The notes: generated by a model not told the origin, from the letters alone. Shown: positions 25,511 through 39,533, counted from the stretch's first letter. The stretch: 64,000 bases of DNA from Octopus vulgaris (GCA_951406725.2 OX597820.1:11718001-11782000), one strand, 5' to 3'. Numbers and translations: made by a program.

Positions 25511-25704
25511 AATTCAGTTAAGTGCTTTTCAGTAAAATTTGGTTGGTGGAAATTATGTAGAAATTGACATTAGTTGATCAGCCACATCAAGGGCAGGATG
25601 GCAAAATCCATACATTGGTTTCATGCAAAACGGTTTTTTTCTACAGCTCTGGGAATCACAAGCAAAATGAAACCACAAGGTGCATAATATATAATTCAAT
25701 TATT

Positions 25705-26118
25705 ACATCGTTCAACGTCCGCTTTCCATGCTAGCATGGGTTGGACGATTTTGACTGAGGGCTGGCGAACCAGATGGTTGCACCAGGCTCCAATTTTGAT
25801 CTGGCAGAGTTTCTACAGCTGGATGCCCTTCTTAACGCCAACCACTCCGAGAGTGTAGTGGGTGCTTTTTACGTGCCACCTGTACGGAGGCCAGTCAGGC
25901 GGTACTGGCAATGACCCCTGCTCGAGTCTTTTTACACATGCCACCGGCACAGGTGCCAGTAAGGCAACGCTGGTAACGATCACGCACGAATGGTGCCCTC
26001 TGGCAACGATCACGCTCAGGTGGTGCTCTTTGCACCCTACTAGCACGGGCACAAGTGCCAGTAAGGCGGCGCTGGTAACGATCACACTCGAATGGTGCCA
26101 ATTTTATGTGCCACTTGC
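25705..26118 (-). mobile_element. Family C (RTE-type 3' end)
   Basis: Same architecture as 24955-25510 and 52455-52855. Confidence 0.85.
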
Positions 26119-29030
26119 ACGGAATATACATTATATGTGTGATACAAACATAATGCAAAAAACACCCTGCAGACAGCGATAATCAATAAAATAGACATGG
26201 AATTTTAAAATTGATTCCTTCTGTCTGGCTCAGTACCAAATGACCCCCGTTCTAAAATATGTTTAGTTTCGCTTAATATACTTCTCCTTGTTGGCTGTTT
26301 AGAACAGGCAGCAAAGTATTAGGCATTGGACCGAATTCTTTGCATTGCAGCGCATGGCTGCTGTCCAATAACTTGAATTCAAAGAACATGTCTATACGTT
26401 TTATATTTTACATGGTTCCGTCATTAAAGTGCGGCCATGCTGGGGCATCGCGTGGATTGTTTTGTGGAACAAATCGACCCCCAGTACTCAAAGTCTGGTT
26501 CTACTTAATCTTGGTTTGTCTTTTGCCATGGGAACGTAAACAAACACCTGAGGATATATGTACACATACTCATAAAGTAATCTTTCGGTAATAGTCTATG
26601 ACGCCATTAGTAACATTGACACAGCCGAGTAGTCAAACACACACACACACACACACACATATTATTCTGTGTGTGTTTGTATCTGTGTTTGTTCCCGCTT
26701 GGCAATCGTGTTGGTTTGTTTACCTCCCTGTAACTTAGCGGTTCGGCAAAAGAGACCAATAGAATAAGTACCAGACTTAAAAAAAAAATGTACTGGAGTA
26801 GATTCGTTCGATAAAAAAGGGGGAAAACCCCCAACAATTCAAGGCAATGCCCGAGCATGGCCGCGCTCTAATAACTGAAGCAAGAAAAAAAAAAAAAAAA
26901 AAAAAAAGAGCTTCCACAATTTCTGTATATCAAATTCAACCACAGGGCACTAATCGGGGCAGGGCCAGCTGCAGAAGACACTTGCCCAAGGTGCCGCGAA
27001 GTGGAACCGAACGTGAAACCACGTGGTTACAAAACAAGCTTCTTAACCTCACATCCATATCTGTTTATATATCTCCTATTAGCATGTGCGCATGTATGCA
27101 TAGGTGCTTTCATATCTACAACTAGTCGCAGCGCACCAAAGACTGCGTATGTATTTGTGTGTGTGTGTGTGTATAGAACAATAAATGTGTATTTGTCTTT
27201 GGTGTGTGCCTGTTTAAAATAAACACTCACAATTCTTACTACTACTATTGCTGCGGCTGCCGCTACTACCACCATATTCATTGCTCTAACATCGCCTTTT
27301 TACTCGAAGACTTTCTGTCTGTGTTCGTAAACCACGTGAGCGAATGACTTTCTTTCATCCACAGATGAATTCTTCATACACCGCTATCACCACCATCACA
27401 CACAAAAACGGTAGCACTATATGGAGAATGAACGGTAGCAATAATAATAATAGCGATGACAGCGGCTTCGTTCTCGTGGTTTGACGAAATAATACCAAAA
27501 TTTCTCTTAGTTGTATGCGTATATATAATACAAAGTAAGTTAGGGTTTATGGGTGTAACCCACTAAGGGATAGTATTTATCCAATATACTGTTAGTAAAG
27601 TACCCAAATTCTTAATACATAAATGTTTTTAATTGCAATGCAATTAACTTATTGGGTGCAGGTAAAGAAATATTTTTATCGTTGATTTATAATACAAATA
27701 AGAAAATGGAGAAACAAATTTGGTTTGTTCATCAATTTACGGATACTAGAATGTTGAATTATTTATTCATTTAACAAAATGAGAACCTTAATAGCATACA
27801 TATATATATTATACATACACATGTACGTATATATGTATGTATACATGTATGTTTCTCTGCGCGCCAGAACATACGATGTCAGTATAACCTATGTACATCT
27901 GTATATGTATAATATATCTCTATATATAAAACTGTATATAATATATATTCGTGTGTGTGTGATATAGGTGAAGGAAAATTAAAGCCGCAACTGAAGCTAG
28001 TGGGGGCAAAAAGTCGGGGTATTTTGTTACATTTCCCGTAGAGAAATCAAACTGCCGACTGGCAATAATATGATTTATATAACAAGACAACACGATTTAT
28101 TTAATGGCATTTATAGGTCTGTGGTATATATATATATACATATATATAAAAAATGTTATATTGAATATCATATAAGACAATGAATTCGTATTTCCCCTCT
28201 CCCCAAACACCATTAAGTCAGGTTTTCTTACGGTTTACCCCGTCCCCACGCTCCTAGGATTCGTACAAAAATAAATATACGCTGGCTTGAAACACGAGGG
28301 CAATAGTAAGTAGCATATATAGGTACAAGCATACAAACATGTATATTGTGTGTATGTATATATATATATATATATATATACACACAAACACATACATATA
28401 TTCTTAACTTACAAATTAAAAATACGATAGTTAATTTACTATATATATATATATATATGTATGTATGTAAACACGCACTCACAAATGCTACACGTGTGTA
28501 TATAATTGCTACACATGTTGAAGCTCTTTTCTATAAACCAGTGTGAAAAAAAAAAAAAAATGTCTCCCCCCCCCCGTTCTACACACCTCCATACACACTC
28601 TCTCTCTCGTGCGCGAACATAATGAACTGTATCTGTCTATCACAGACAGGCTGCTCTATATAAGGATATGTCTCTCTCTCTGTAGAAAGAAATGGAAACC
28701 TGGGTTGTGTCTGTCGATGAGTGTGTTTGTGTTTGTATGTGGTGTTTATGTTATTATTTAGCGTATAGAACCGAACAACGAAGAAGCTTATAAAAACATG
28801 CATGGGAAATTGCATTTTTGCATGCATGTAAATATGTGTGTCTTGTAAGGCATCGAAGAATGTATATTCACGTGCATAATGCAATCACGTGCATTCTTAT
28901 TTAACACGATCGAATTCTGCGCCGACTGAATGAATACTCGTGAACACGAATTTCTTAAAGTATGTATGTATATATATCGCCGCCAGTGTATATATTATAT
29001 ACACTGGTAATGTAAATATGATACATCTTT

Positions 29031-29076
<46 letters not shown>

Positions 29077-29489
29077 TCAACACACTGCACACCGATAGAA
29101 AGTATATATGCGCTACATTTATAAACATACCCACCCACATGCGTATACACACGCAGCAGATGCTATAATAATAATGATGATGATGATGATGATAATAATG
29201 ATGATAATAGTAATAATAATAATGATGATGGTGATGAAGCGCATTTCTTTACAAAAACGTACATTTTGACCGAACGAAAGACTCCATGCGGTCGCTTGAC
29301 TTACTAGACATAACAGCTATATTTCCCTAAAATCCTACATCCTATAGTTTCAAAACGACGCACAACAAATCAGAAAAGAAAACTTACAAAAAATAAGGGA
29401 GGAGGGGGCTCCGGTGTGTGTGTGTGTAAGAAAAGTAAATTCCAAGGTAATCTTTATTGACATTACTACTCACAGGAAATCACTACATG

Positions 29490-29715
29490 AAATGAAACTT
29501 AGAATCAGAATAGCAGATCAGAGAATACAATGAAAAGAGATCAACGTCGTCTATATTGCTCTAACACGCCAAACAGGTAAAACTCCGGATCAACCAGCAT
29601 CAAAATATATTTTTCGTTAATTTACACGAGCCGATGCTACGACGAGTTACCGAAGCGGTGCACATACAGAAAGCAGAATCCGAACCTACATACTTTATCA
29701 ATAGAAATAAGTGGA
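29490..29715 (+). pseudogene. Possible degenerate GIY-YIG (PLE) C-terminal half
   Basis: KLRIRIADQR...QTGKTPDQPASKYI...RRVTEAVHIQK...INRN resembles L..RI.EH...TGH..DW....I...R..EA..I.....NR; highly diverged. Confidence 0.4.
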
Positions 29716-30000
29716 ATAACAACCCTACCGAACATACTTTCCACCAGTACCTCATAGTTCCTGGGATAAATCCATCACAATGACACAGAGACGTTATAAC
29801 AGATTACGGTCACAGAACTCCCCCCCACCCAGCAGTCGTGCGTGGATGCATATGAGTACGAAAATGAAAAAAAAGCAGAACATGTACAAACTCAAGTACA
29901 CAGACGCTCATTACACTAAACATACACAGCAAAACCATCTCACATAAGTCAAACTCACCAGCACCGAATCAAAAGACCGAAAATGATGGTATATTATATA

Positions 30001-30182
30001 AGGCGGCAAGCTAGCAGAATCGTTAGCACGCCGGGCGAAAATGCTTACCGGTATTTCGTCTGTCTTATGTTCTGAGTTCAAATTCCGCCGAGGCTGACTT
30101 TGCTTTTCATCCTTTCGGAGTCAATCTAATCGTCTGGCCGCCTCCCCACAAAATTTCGGGCCTTGTCTAGAGTAGAAAAGAA
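30001..30182 (+). mobile_element. SINE family B (short variant)
   Basis: Head plus central domain, internal deletion. Confidence 0.85.
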
Positions 30183-30279
30183 TATATGGTTAAGGTCTAA
30201 TACACGTAAAACAAGACAGAGGCAGATCAAACAACCTGTTACCTCTCCATCAATAACAACATCAACAAAAGTTTGTATG

Positions 30280-30615
30280 TGGCGCATGAGTAGCTTGCTT
30301 ACCAACCACATGGTTCCGTGTTCAGTCCCACTTGCTCAAGTGTCGTCTACTAATAGTGTCGGACCGACCAAAACCTTGTGGATTTGGTAGACGGAAACTG
30401 AAAGAAGCCCATCGCGTGTGTGTGAGTGTCTGTGTTTGCCCCCCCCCACCTCCATCGCTTGACAACCGATGTTGGTGTGTTCACGTCCCCGTAATACAGC
30501 GGTTCGGCAAACCCCCGACACCCAAAAAACGATAGAATAAATACTAGGGTCGATTTGCTCGACTAAAGGTGGTGCTCCCGCATGGCCACAGTCAAATGAC
30601 TGAAGCAAATAAAAG
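30280..30615 (+). mobile_element. SINE family A, degenerate
   Basis: Family A blocks with deletions. Confidence 0.8.
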
Positions 30616-31615
30616 TATATATATATATATATATATATATAGTGACCTTTCCTGTTGTAGACGATAGGTAAAGGTTTTGAGATTTCTTGTTCAAGCTGTA
30701 GAAATGATTTGTTTATAGAGATCAAATGTATGTACCGTACATTAAGCTCACTCCTTCCATCAAATCGACCTTGCCTGTAAAGGTGCACCGTGTACCACAA
30801 CACATCAGATGTCGAAGTGGTCGCAGAACAGCGTGAGATGACGGCATGTACGTACACGTATGTATGCATGTGTACATACACGTATATAGGTATGGATCAG
30901 GTAAAATAGCGCAAATGGAACGAGAGGTAGAGGAGAGGAGACGGACACATAGGAAAGATGAGAGCTTACAACTGGTAGACATAAGTTCGAAATGCGATGG
31001 ACAAAATGTAAACAAACAGAAAAGATGAAGAATTATGGACTTTCAGTTTGTTTTTGCGTTCAGCATACGCCATGTCTTTTGTTTATGCATTTACACACAC
31101 ACACATATGACAAGTTTCCACACATTTTGGTCTATGAAATTCACTCACATGGCATTGGTCAGCCCGGTACTATAGTAAAAGATACTTGACACCAACGTGC
31201 CACGCAGTGGTACCGAACACAAAACCATTTGGCTTCAAAACGAGTTTTATAACCTGCTTGCGTCTCAAATAATTATCCCAATAATGTAAACATTTTGCGA
31301 TGCAGAAGTTTCCCATTATAATCACAGCTAAAGTTACCAAAAGTAATTGTCATCAAAATTAGTTAAACCCTACCTAACCAGACTCCATCTCCTTAATGTT
31401 ACTGGCCGAGTATTGTTACTGAAAAGACTTTACCAGCAAACAACCACAAGCAACGGTTTCTATTGTACTGTTCTAATACATGCTTCTAGTTCAGTTCCGT
31501 CTCTTGGCTCATTTTTTGTTTAAATTATGAAAATTACCTAGGCCATATTATGTTCCACACATATTTTATTGTATAAATAAATCTAAGCCCTTTGGCTACT
31601 GGAGATAAGGTCGGA

Positions 31616-31660
31616 CAGAAGTGCTGATGACGGTTACTGAGGCAGAAACGTGCCCGCGAG
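31616..31660 (+). ncRNA. Degenerate minimal hammerhead, copy 1 of a direct repeat
   Basis: GTG-CTGATGA-CGGTTACTGAGGCA-GAAACGTGCC; cleavage triplet altered relative to copy 2. Confidence 0.4.
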
Positions 31661-31943
31661 CGTCCTCTTACCCCAAGACAATAAATAAGTTGTACTTTTC
31701 TTTAATGGCGTGTCAGTTTTGGACAATTCTTAAATCTTGAAGTTCTCTCTTTTCTCAAGTGGAACTGGTTCTAGTTACCGTTTTGTAATTATCATAGTCT
31801 TCTAAAAGTGGAGATAATTTTAATGAATCAAGAATTTACATTGTATGGTATTTGATATAACTGTACTTGTCTACGTTGTTCAAATGCATGTTCAAATACT
31901 GGCCACTCTGAGTTATTCCTTTAGCTCATTAAATAAGGTTAGG

Positions 31944-31989
31944 CAGTGGTGCTGATGACGGCTATTGAGGTAGAAACGTGTCCATACTG
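31944..31989 (+). ncRNA. Minimal hammerhead-like motif, copy 2
   Basis: CAGUGGUG-CUGAUGA-CGGCUAUUGAGGUA-GAAAC-GU-GUC^-CAUACUG; 7-bp bulged stem I, weak stem II. Confidence 0.55.
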
Positions 31990-32679
31990 TAATCTTTTAG
32001 CACTAAATGCAACAGACTGCAATTGAATACTATCCAGCCTTGACCACATCGTCTGAATCTCAAACTATATAGTATTCAATGAAAACCTTTAAGTCAGTAT
32101 ATAAGTAACATGAAAGAGGTTTAGCTGCTATTTCTAGTGGGTCCTGCAAATTATGTTGAAATTCCCCTTCATTCAGGTCACCTATAATTGAACAGATCGA
32201 AAAATAAAAGGCGCTCCAGCTGCGACAATCCCCTCTGTTTTTCAGGTGCAGTCAATTCCTAGACTACAATTATCCAATGTGTCCTTCCTTATATTTCAAG
32301 TAGGCTGAAATTCAGCTGCTGTTTCTAAATAGCAAGCCTTTTTGTGAATGAACCTTTTGTAACGCCTAGAAAGCTGTTGTTTATTATATAATCACTGGCA
32401 ACGTTCTCAATCGGTTATTGTCATCAAAATTAGCGGACCCTGTCTGCCTAATGTTATTGATACCGAAGAGATTACACGCCCCAGAGTGATCACAATAACC
32501 AGCTTGCTAGCTTTTTGTAATTGTTGATATGTTGTTTAGCTAGAAATCAGCTCTGAACAGACCTAAGAACAAAGATGTTTCTAACCGTGACCATCGCTTA
32601 GATTGTTTTTCCCAAGCATCGTAACCTACAATACATGAAGCCAGTGTTCCCCCCCCCCTTATTATTATTATTATTATAC

Positions 32680-32925
32680 GACAGAAGCCTGTCGTATATA
32701 TGTATATATATATATATGTGTGTATGTGTTTGTCCCCCTAGCATTGCTTGACAACCGATGTTGGTGTGTTTGCGTCCCCGTCACTTAGCGGTTCGGCAAA
32801 AAAGAGACCGAAAGAATAAGTACTGGGCTTACAAAGAATAAGTCCCGGGATCGAGTTGCTCGATTAAAGGCGGTGCTCCAGCATGGCCGCGGTCAAATGA
32901 CTGAAACAAGTAAAAGAGTAAAAAG
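32680..32925 (+). mobile_element. SINE family A, 3' two-thirds
   Basis: Colinear from AGAAGCCTGTCG onward. Confidence 0.88.
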
Positions 32926-33429
32926 AGAGAGTATTATTACGACAAAAGCGAACTGCAGCTGTTGTTTCTAGCAGGTTGAACGAATAGGCAGTGCGTTTAA
33001 TGAAGCGCTTTCTATCGCTTTGTAAGATAAACCATTTAACCATGTGATCTGATAGTAAAACGATGTTGATGTTTCACATTTTTAGGTACAACAATGTGTA
33101 GTAGACAGTCGATTGTAATTACGTCTGTAAAAGGCTTTGTGACTCACGTGGTGGCTTGGGTTATTGTGTCTGGTCTACTATCTCCCGTCTACACACACAC
33201 ATTCATGCTTGTTCTGCCGTCTGTGTTTGTACCCACTCGTTGAACTTGAGCCTGCCTTTTTATATATTCACCTATAAAACCCTCCCCCCCCACCACCATT
33301 TTGCTTTGTCGCTTTTATTCTATAACATTTAATTAACATGCCCTTCAAATCCCCACCCCTGAGCACCACCACCCACTCCCTTGCAGAATCGCTTTCCCCG
33401 AGACAAGTCGACGGGAAAAGCCTCCAACA

Positions 33430-33905
33430 CATGCATACGCAAGCATGGGCGCGGGTGGTCGTCCGTTCGACAAGGCGAGAAATAGCAGCCAACTACCCTC
33501 AGATCAAACAGCCTACCGTCTAATAAACAGCAGGACACATTAGGAGATAGACAGGCTCTTATAGACAGACAGGATGGTCAGGGAAGGGTTAACACTTTTT
33601 GAGCTAAACTTGTCCGTTCGACAAGACGAGAAATAGCAGTCAACCACCCTCTGATCAAACAGCCTACCTTCTTATAAACGGGAGGACACATACGCAAGCA
33701 TGGGCACGGGTGGTCGTCCGTTCGACAAGACAAGAAATAGCAGCCAACTACTCTCAGATCAAACAGCCTACCATCTTATAAACGGCAGGCCACGTTAGGA
33801 GATAGACAGGCCCCTATATACAGACAGGATGGTCAGGGCTTAAATATCTAGTTATAGATCTCGAAGCAGTGCTAATCGGAAGGGGTTAACACTTTTCGAG
33901 CTAAA
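33430..33905 (+). repeat. Local patchwork triplication of family E repeat (AGAAATAGCAGCCAA core)
   Basis: GTCCGTTCGACAAG..GAGAAATAGCAGCCAAC..CAGATCAAACAGCCTACC three times; flanking blocks twice. Confidence 0.85.
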
Positions 33906-35466
33906 CGAGGCGGGGAGTGTCCTTTACGACTTAAGGCTGTTGTTCGAAAATGCGCGAAATAGCAACCAAATGCATCGTAAATAATTAATTAAAGGATAAT
34001 GTATTCCTTTTGATAAATGCATTTTCATTTAATAAACGGTCAAATAGGAACCAACGAGAAAGCTTCTTACATGGAAGCTTGGCTCGCTAGAAATAACAGT
34101 CGGACATCTCTGAAACCACACCCTTACCGTATTATTAAATAATCTCCGGCAAAGGTGAAGAATACACACACTCTGAGTTTAGGGTTAGTGCTAGGGCTAC
34201 GCCGAAAACGGGTGGTGTGCGTATTCTTTTCCTCCGCCGTAATCTTCTATATGGTCGTGGCTGGAGAGCCGTCGATCATAGGTCTGTTCATTTGGGTCGT
34301 TCGTGGTTAAACAATAACTCTCTTATGTCCCCTAATAAACAAATGGTATCTATTTCTCTCTCACGCACACACAGAGGAGAGATGGCGAACCATTTGGGGG
34401 GAAAAAGTCTACATCGTCGATCGGCGAAATAGCAACTAACCAGCAACCATTCGCTACCATCCTGTATGAAAAACAAAGAATATACTCTTTTGTCTCAGTC
34501 GTTTGACTGCGGCCACGCTGGAGCACCGCCTTTTAGTCGAAGAAATCGACCCTCAGGACTTACTCTTTGTTAGCTTGGCGGCACTTATTCTATCGGCCTT
34601 TTTTTTTGCCGAACAGCTAAGTTACGGGGGAGGGGAATATATCTAAAAAATGAAACAAAAAGAAAAGGCAGTAAACGTTTGATGTAATTCTGGGTTCATT
34701 GTACACGAAATGTTTATTGCCAGAAAACCAAAAGAAAAAAAAGAAACAAAATTGATAAGAGAGGTGAGAGAAATGATCAAAAGATGATGCAATTGACCTA
34801 GGGCTAAAAGGAAACACGTACATCCGTGTACTCTACGCATAGTTTGTATACACAAACGTGGCTTTTTTTAAAAATATTTTTTTTATTTACGAAATAACAC
34901 GAGAGAAACTATTTTCACCACAACATCTGCTGCTTTTGGCCTTTCATACTCTCTCTTTGTATGCACGATACACACACCATCATTACCTTATATATACATA
35001 GTCTATAAAGCCTAACCTACTACCACCACCACCACTACTATTATTACTACCACTAGTACTATTACTACTACTACCATTAGCCTTTCCTCCCCCCTCTCAT
35101 CACAGTAAGATGTCGGAAAAAGATTCGTTTTACTATGAAACATGCTCCACGTGTGTTGTGTTAGAGGTTTTGTGTAATTCAAATTTTTCTGCTTTATCTA
35201 CGAATATTAATGAAAGTAAATGTTGCTTATTTTATGTGTATGTGGGCCTTACACGCACGTGAAGTGGGTAATTATGTGTGTGTGTGTGTACGTGTTTAAC
35301 ATATGTGTGTGCTTTTTAACATACGCCTTTGTAAAGAGTGTGTTACATAGAATTCTCGAGAAATGCGTGTGTGTGTCTGTGTGTGTGTATATATATATAT
35401 ATAGAGAGAGAGAGATGAAAGCACAGATATATAATTGTTCTTACTCAAGTAGACGCATGTATGTAT

Positions 35467-35881
35467 ATGAATGCGCGCATATGTGTATATATATAGGTGT
35501 GTGTGTATATGAATGCGCGCATATGTGTGTTTATGAATGCGCGCATATATGTGTGTGTGTGCGTGTGTGTATGAATGCGCGCATATGTGTGTGTGTGAAT
35601 GCGCGCATGTGTGTGTATGTGTGTGAATGCGCGCATATATGTATGTGTGTGTGTATGAATGCACGCATATATGTGTGTGTGTGTGTGTATGAATGCACGC
35701 ATATATATGTGTGTGTGTGTATGAATGCACGCATATATATGTGTGTGTGTGTATGAATAAGCGCATATATGTGTATGTGTGTGTGTGTATGAATGCACGC
35801 ATATATATATATGTGTGTGTGCGTATGAATGCGGGCATATATATATATATACGTGTGTGTTTGTGTGTAATGCGCGCATAT
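35467..35881. repeat. Minisatellite: GAATGCGCGCAT core x13 with variable (AT)/(GT) linkers
   Basis: Direct count of cores. Confidence 0.93.
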
Positions 35882-36499
35882 GTACCGAACTATTACGGAG
35901 TTATTGCGTGCGCGCGCCCGTCGTACATAATTACACAAAAGATGTGTATAGTAACCAGTGTACACAATAGATGTGTGCGTATGCGCGCGCACACACGTCT
36001 GTGTGTCTGTATATACACACACGCGGGCACAAGTATAACAACGAAACACACCAAGATACACACGTCTGTTACACATATTATACTACCTAAAAGCCTCACC
36101 GTGTCAATCGACCTGCTAGAAATAGCAGCCAAAATTCCCCCCAATTTCACCTAAAGTAGCAATAAGTCTCGCACCTAAAATACCTTGTGACTAAACAAAT
36201 ACACCTAATTTAGTACAAGACATCTATAAAATTCTTGAGAAAGAACAAGTTCACGATTTAGATGTTGAAGTATAACTGCAGTTTAGTGCCCCACTTAGCT
36301 TGGGTTTTTTTCTTCTCTCCCCTCATAATTTTTTGAAGTATAATGAATATATTATTTTGTGTAGTTTTGCGGCGTTACATTATCAGGGATGTAGATGATA
36401 AAATTGTTGATGAAATATTTTTTAATTTAATAGTTTTTTTGTTTGTTGTTTTGTTTTAATCAGCAAAAAAACACCTTCATATAAGCGTGGCTATGAGCA

Positions 36500-36627
36500 T
36501 AGGCGCAGCGTGGTAAGAAGCTTGCTTCCCAACCACATAAATTCCTGGTTCAATCCTACTGCGTGACACCTTGGGCAAAGTGTCTTGTGAGTGGATTTGG
36601 GAGACGGAAACTGAAGGAAGTCCGTCG

Positions 36628-36676
<49 letters not shown>

Positions 36677-36832
36677 TTGTCCCCATCATCGCTTGTTGGT
36701 GTTTAGCAGTTCCGCAAAAGAGGACGATAGAATAAGTACTAGGCTTACAAAGAATAATAAGTCCTGGGGTCGATTTGTTCGACTGAAAGGCGGTGCTCCA
36801 GTATGACCGCAGTCAAATGACTGAAGCAAAAG
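36500..36832 (+). mobile_element. SINE family A with deletions
   Basis: Family A blocks. Confidence 0.85.
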
Positions 36833-37172
36833 AATATATTTTTATTAACCGTTCAAAATAAATTCCTAGTGTTCATTTAACATCCCCTTTCATTATTAAT
36901 CAACACCAACATGGCTTTTAGAAATGAAATAACACCTAAACCTCCCTCGAATCACACCTTAAAGAGTAGGGGGAGTAATTCGAGATAGGTGCACAGGCAT
37001 GGTTGTATGCATCCAAGTTACATGGTGTCAGGTTCGGTCCGGCTTGGCTCCGGGCCACGTTAGGCAAATGTCTTCTACTAAAGCCCGGACCGACCCCCAG
37101 AGCCTTGTGAGTTGATTTGATAGACTGAAAGAAGACCTTCGTACGCGCGTATATGTACACACACACACACGT

Positions 37173-37567
37173 GGAAAGACTTCCTTTGTACCCCACCATA
37201 ATTTTTTTTTTTTAATATTACACATGGTGGAAAATTGTTTCCCTACCATGTCTTATAATAACAATGAAAAAGTCCTAAAAATTAAGAATTTCTATTAAAA
37301 AAAAACAACTTAATTTCTGTATTATATATATTCATGTCCATTTTTGCCTAACGTTAAGGCCTAACTCTGTGAAATTTGCCTAACCTTGGGACATGAATAC
37401 ACATAATACAGAAATGAAGTTTTTTTTTTTAATAGAAATACTTCATTCTTATGACTTTCTCATCATTGTTATTACAAGTCATAGTAGGAAATCAATTTCC
37501 CTCCATGTGTAATATTACAAAAAAAAAAAAAATTGATGGAGGTGGTGGTACAAAAGGAAGTCGTTTC
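37173..37567. mobile_element. Foldback MITE with about 165-bp imperfect inverted arms
   Basis: GACTTCCTTTGTACC..TAATATTACACATGG..TTTCTGTATTAT..ATTCATGTCC mirrored at 37389-37562. Confidence 0.85.
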
Positions 37568-38074
37568 GTTATATGTGTGTGATGTCTTTGTAGCTTTCAC
37601 TCTACCTCTGGTATTCGAGTACTATTTTTTCCCACCTTGTTTCACATCTATGTGCTCACTGATTGTATATACATCCTGACACATGGGAACGTTCGTACTC
37701 GTATATAGTGTGTGTCTATGCATTTTTTGAGTGTAGTAGTTGTCCCACCACCTCCAAACACCACCCGACATCCGGTGTTGGTTCACCTATGTTCTCATCA
37801 CTTAGCGGTTCGGCAACAACTGACTAAGGCTAGGACCCCCCCCCACTCCACCCCAATACTGGGGTTGATTGTATGTTTGACTAAGAACCATAGAGGTGGG
37901 GCTCCAGCGTGACCGCAGTCTAACTACTTTGAAACAGGTAAAAGAAGGTAAAGAGAGAAAAAAAAAAAATAAAAGAAATCGAATCAATGCACGGGGATGG
38001 GCAAACGGGTCACGGCTGAGAACCAACTCCATTCAAATAGGTGTGTTTGATTTAAACAACACCTTCTCTCCCTC

Positions 38075-38106
<32 letters not shown>

Positions 38107-38108
38107 TC

Positions 38109-38638
38109 ATTTCTTTACTACCCACAAGGGGCTAAACACAGAGGGGACAAACAAGGACAGACAGACGGATTAAGTCGATTACATCGACTCCAGTGCGTAA
38201 CTGGTACTTAATTTATCGACCCCGAAAGGATGAAAGGCAAAGTCGACCTCGGTGGAATTTGAACCCAGAACGTAAAGACAGACGAAATACCTATTTCTTT
38301 ATTAGCCACAAGGGGCTAAACACAGAGAGGACAAACAAGGACAGACAGACGGATTAAGTCGATTACATCGACCCCAGTGCGTAACTGGTACCTAATTTAT
38401 CGACCCCCGAGAGGATGAAAGGCAAAGTCGACCTCGGTGGAATTTGAACCCAGAACGTAAAGACAGACGAAATACCTATTTCTTTATTAGCCACAAGGGG
38501 CTAAACACAGAGAGGACAAACAAGGACAGACAGACGGATTAAGTCGATTACATCGACCCCAGTGCGTAACTGGTACTTAATTTATCGACCCCCGAAAGGA
38601 TGAAAGGCAAAGTCGACCTCGGCGGAATTTGAACCCAT
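38109..38638 (-). mobile_element. SINE family B headless trimer (about 184-bp unit) in (AAT)n
   Basis: Three near-identical tandem bodies; (AAT)n on both sides. Confidence 0.92.
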
Positions 38639-39120
38639 AATAATAATAATAATAATAATTGGACTCGGATCTCGTTTCTCTTAAAGTGGGTGATTCTTTT
38701 ATTCAAGTTGACGTACGTCCACCTTCCCTCACTCCTTCACAACCTACACTCTTTTCACTCATCACTACCTTCAACATCAAAGCAACATTATCGATGCTTC
38801 AGTCCCTTACACACACACACACACACATATACACACCACCACCGCCACCACCACCACCACCACCATCAAGCACTTGGCAATCGTCATCGCCTTCGCCAAC
38901 ATCAATGCCCCGAACGCCCGCGCCGCCACCGCCACCGCTAACCACATCCGTCCATTCTTGCGAGAGATCATTGAGTTGAAGTTGTGACAGCCAATGAATC
39001 ACCCAGTTGAAAGTGATAGTAGTAGTAGTAGTAGTAGTAGTAGTAGCAGCAGCAGCAGTAGTAGTAGTTATTTATATTCAAACTATTGCATCATACTATA
39101 AGAAACGCGCGCGCGTGTGC

Positions 39121-39159
<39 letters not shown>

Positions 39160-39429
39160 CTCGCACTTGCTTTTAGCATGTGCTTGTTTATCAATGTATC
39201 AACGCATTAGTTGTGTAATCGATATTATATATACTTACGTGTGTGCATTTATTATAATATATATATGTATATATATGTGTGTGTGTGTGTATTCTATTAT
39301 AATATCTATATAGAAATATACACGTGTGTGTATTATATATAATACAGGATATGTATTATATGATGTATGTAATATAGAATGTATACGTTATATATACATA
39401 ATAATATTTATATATAATATATATATAGT

Positions 39430-39533
39430 TTGTGCTGAGTTTGATCTGAGAACATAATCTTTTGTGGAGAATGGCGATTTGACGTCTATATCTAGCATGT
39501 TGACGGTCCACTTTTCGTGTTCAGTCCTTAATT

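Noticed and set aside
35467-35881. CRISPR-like repeat/spacer appearance
   Set aside because: Core is only about 12 bp, linkers are simple dinucleotide repeats, context is eukaryotic and there are no cas genes.
38659-39210. Poly-Pro/His/Val ORFs
   Set aside because: Translations of (CCA)n and (GTA)n trinucleotide repeats.
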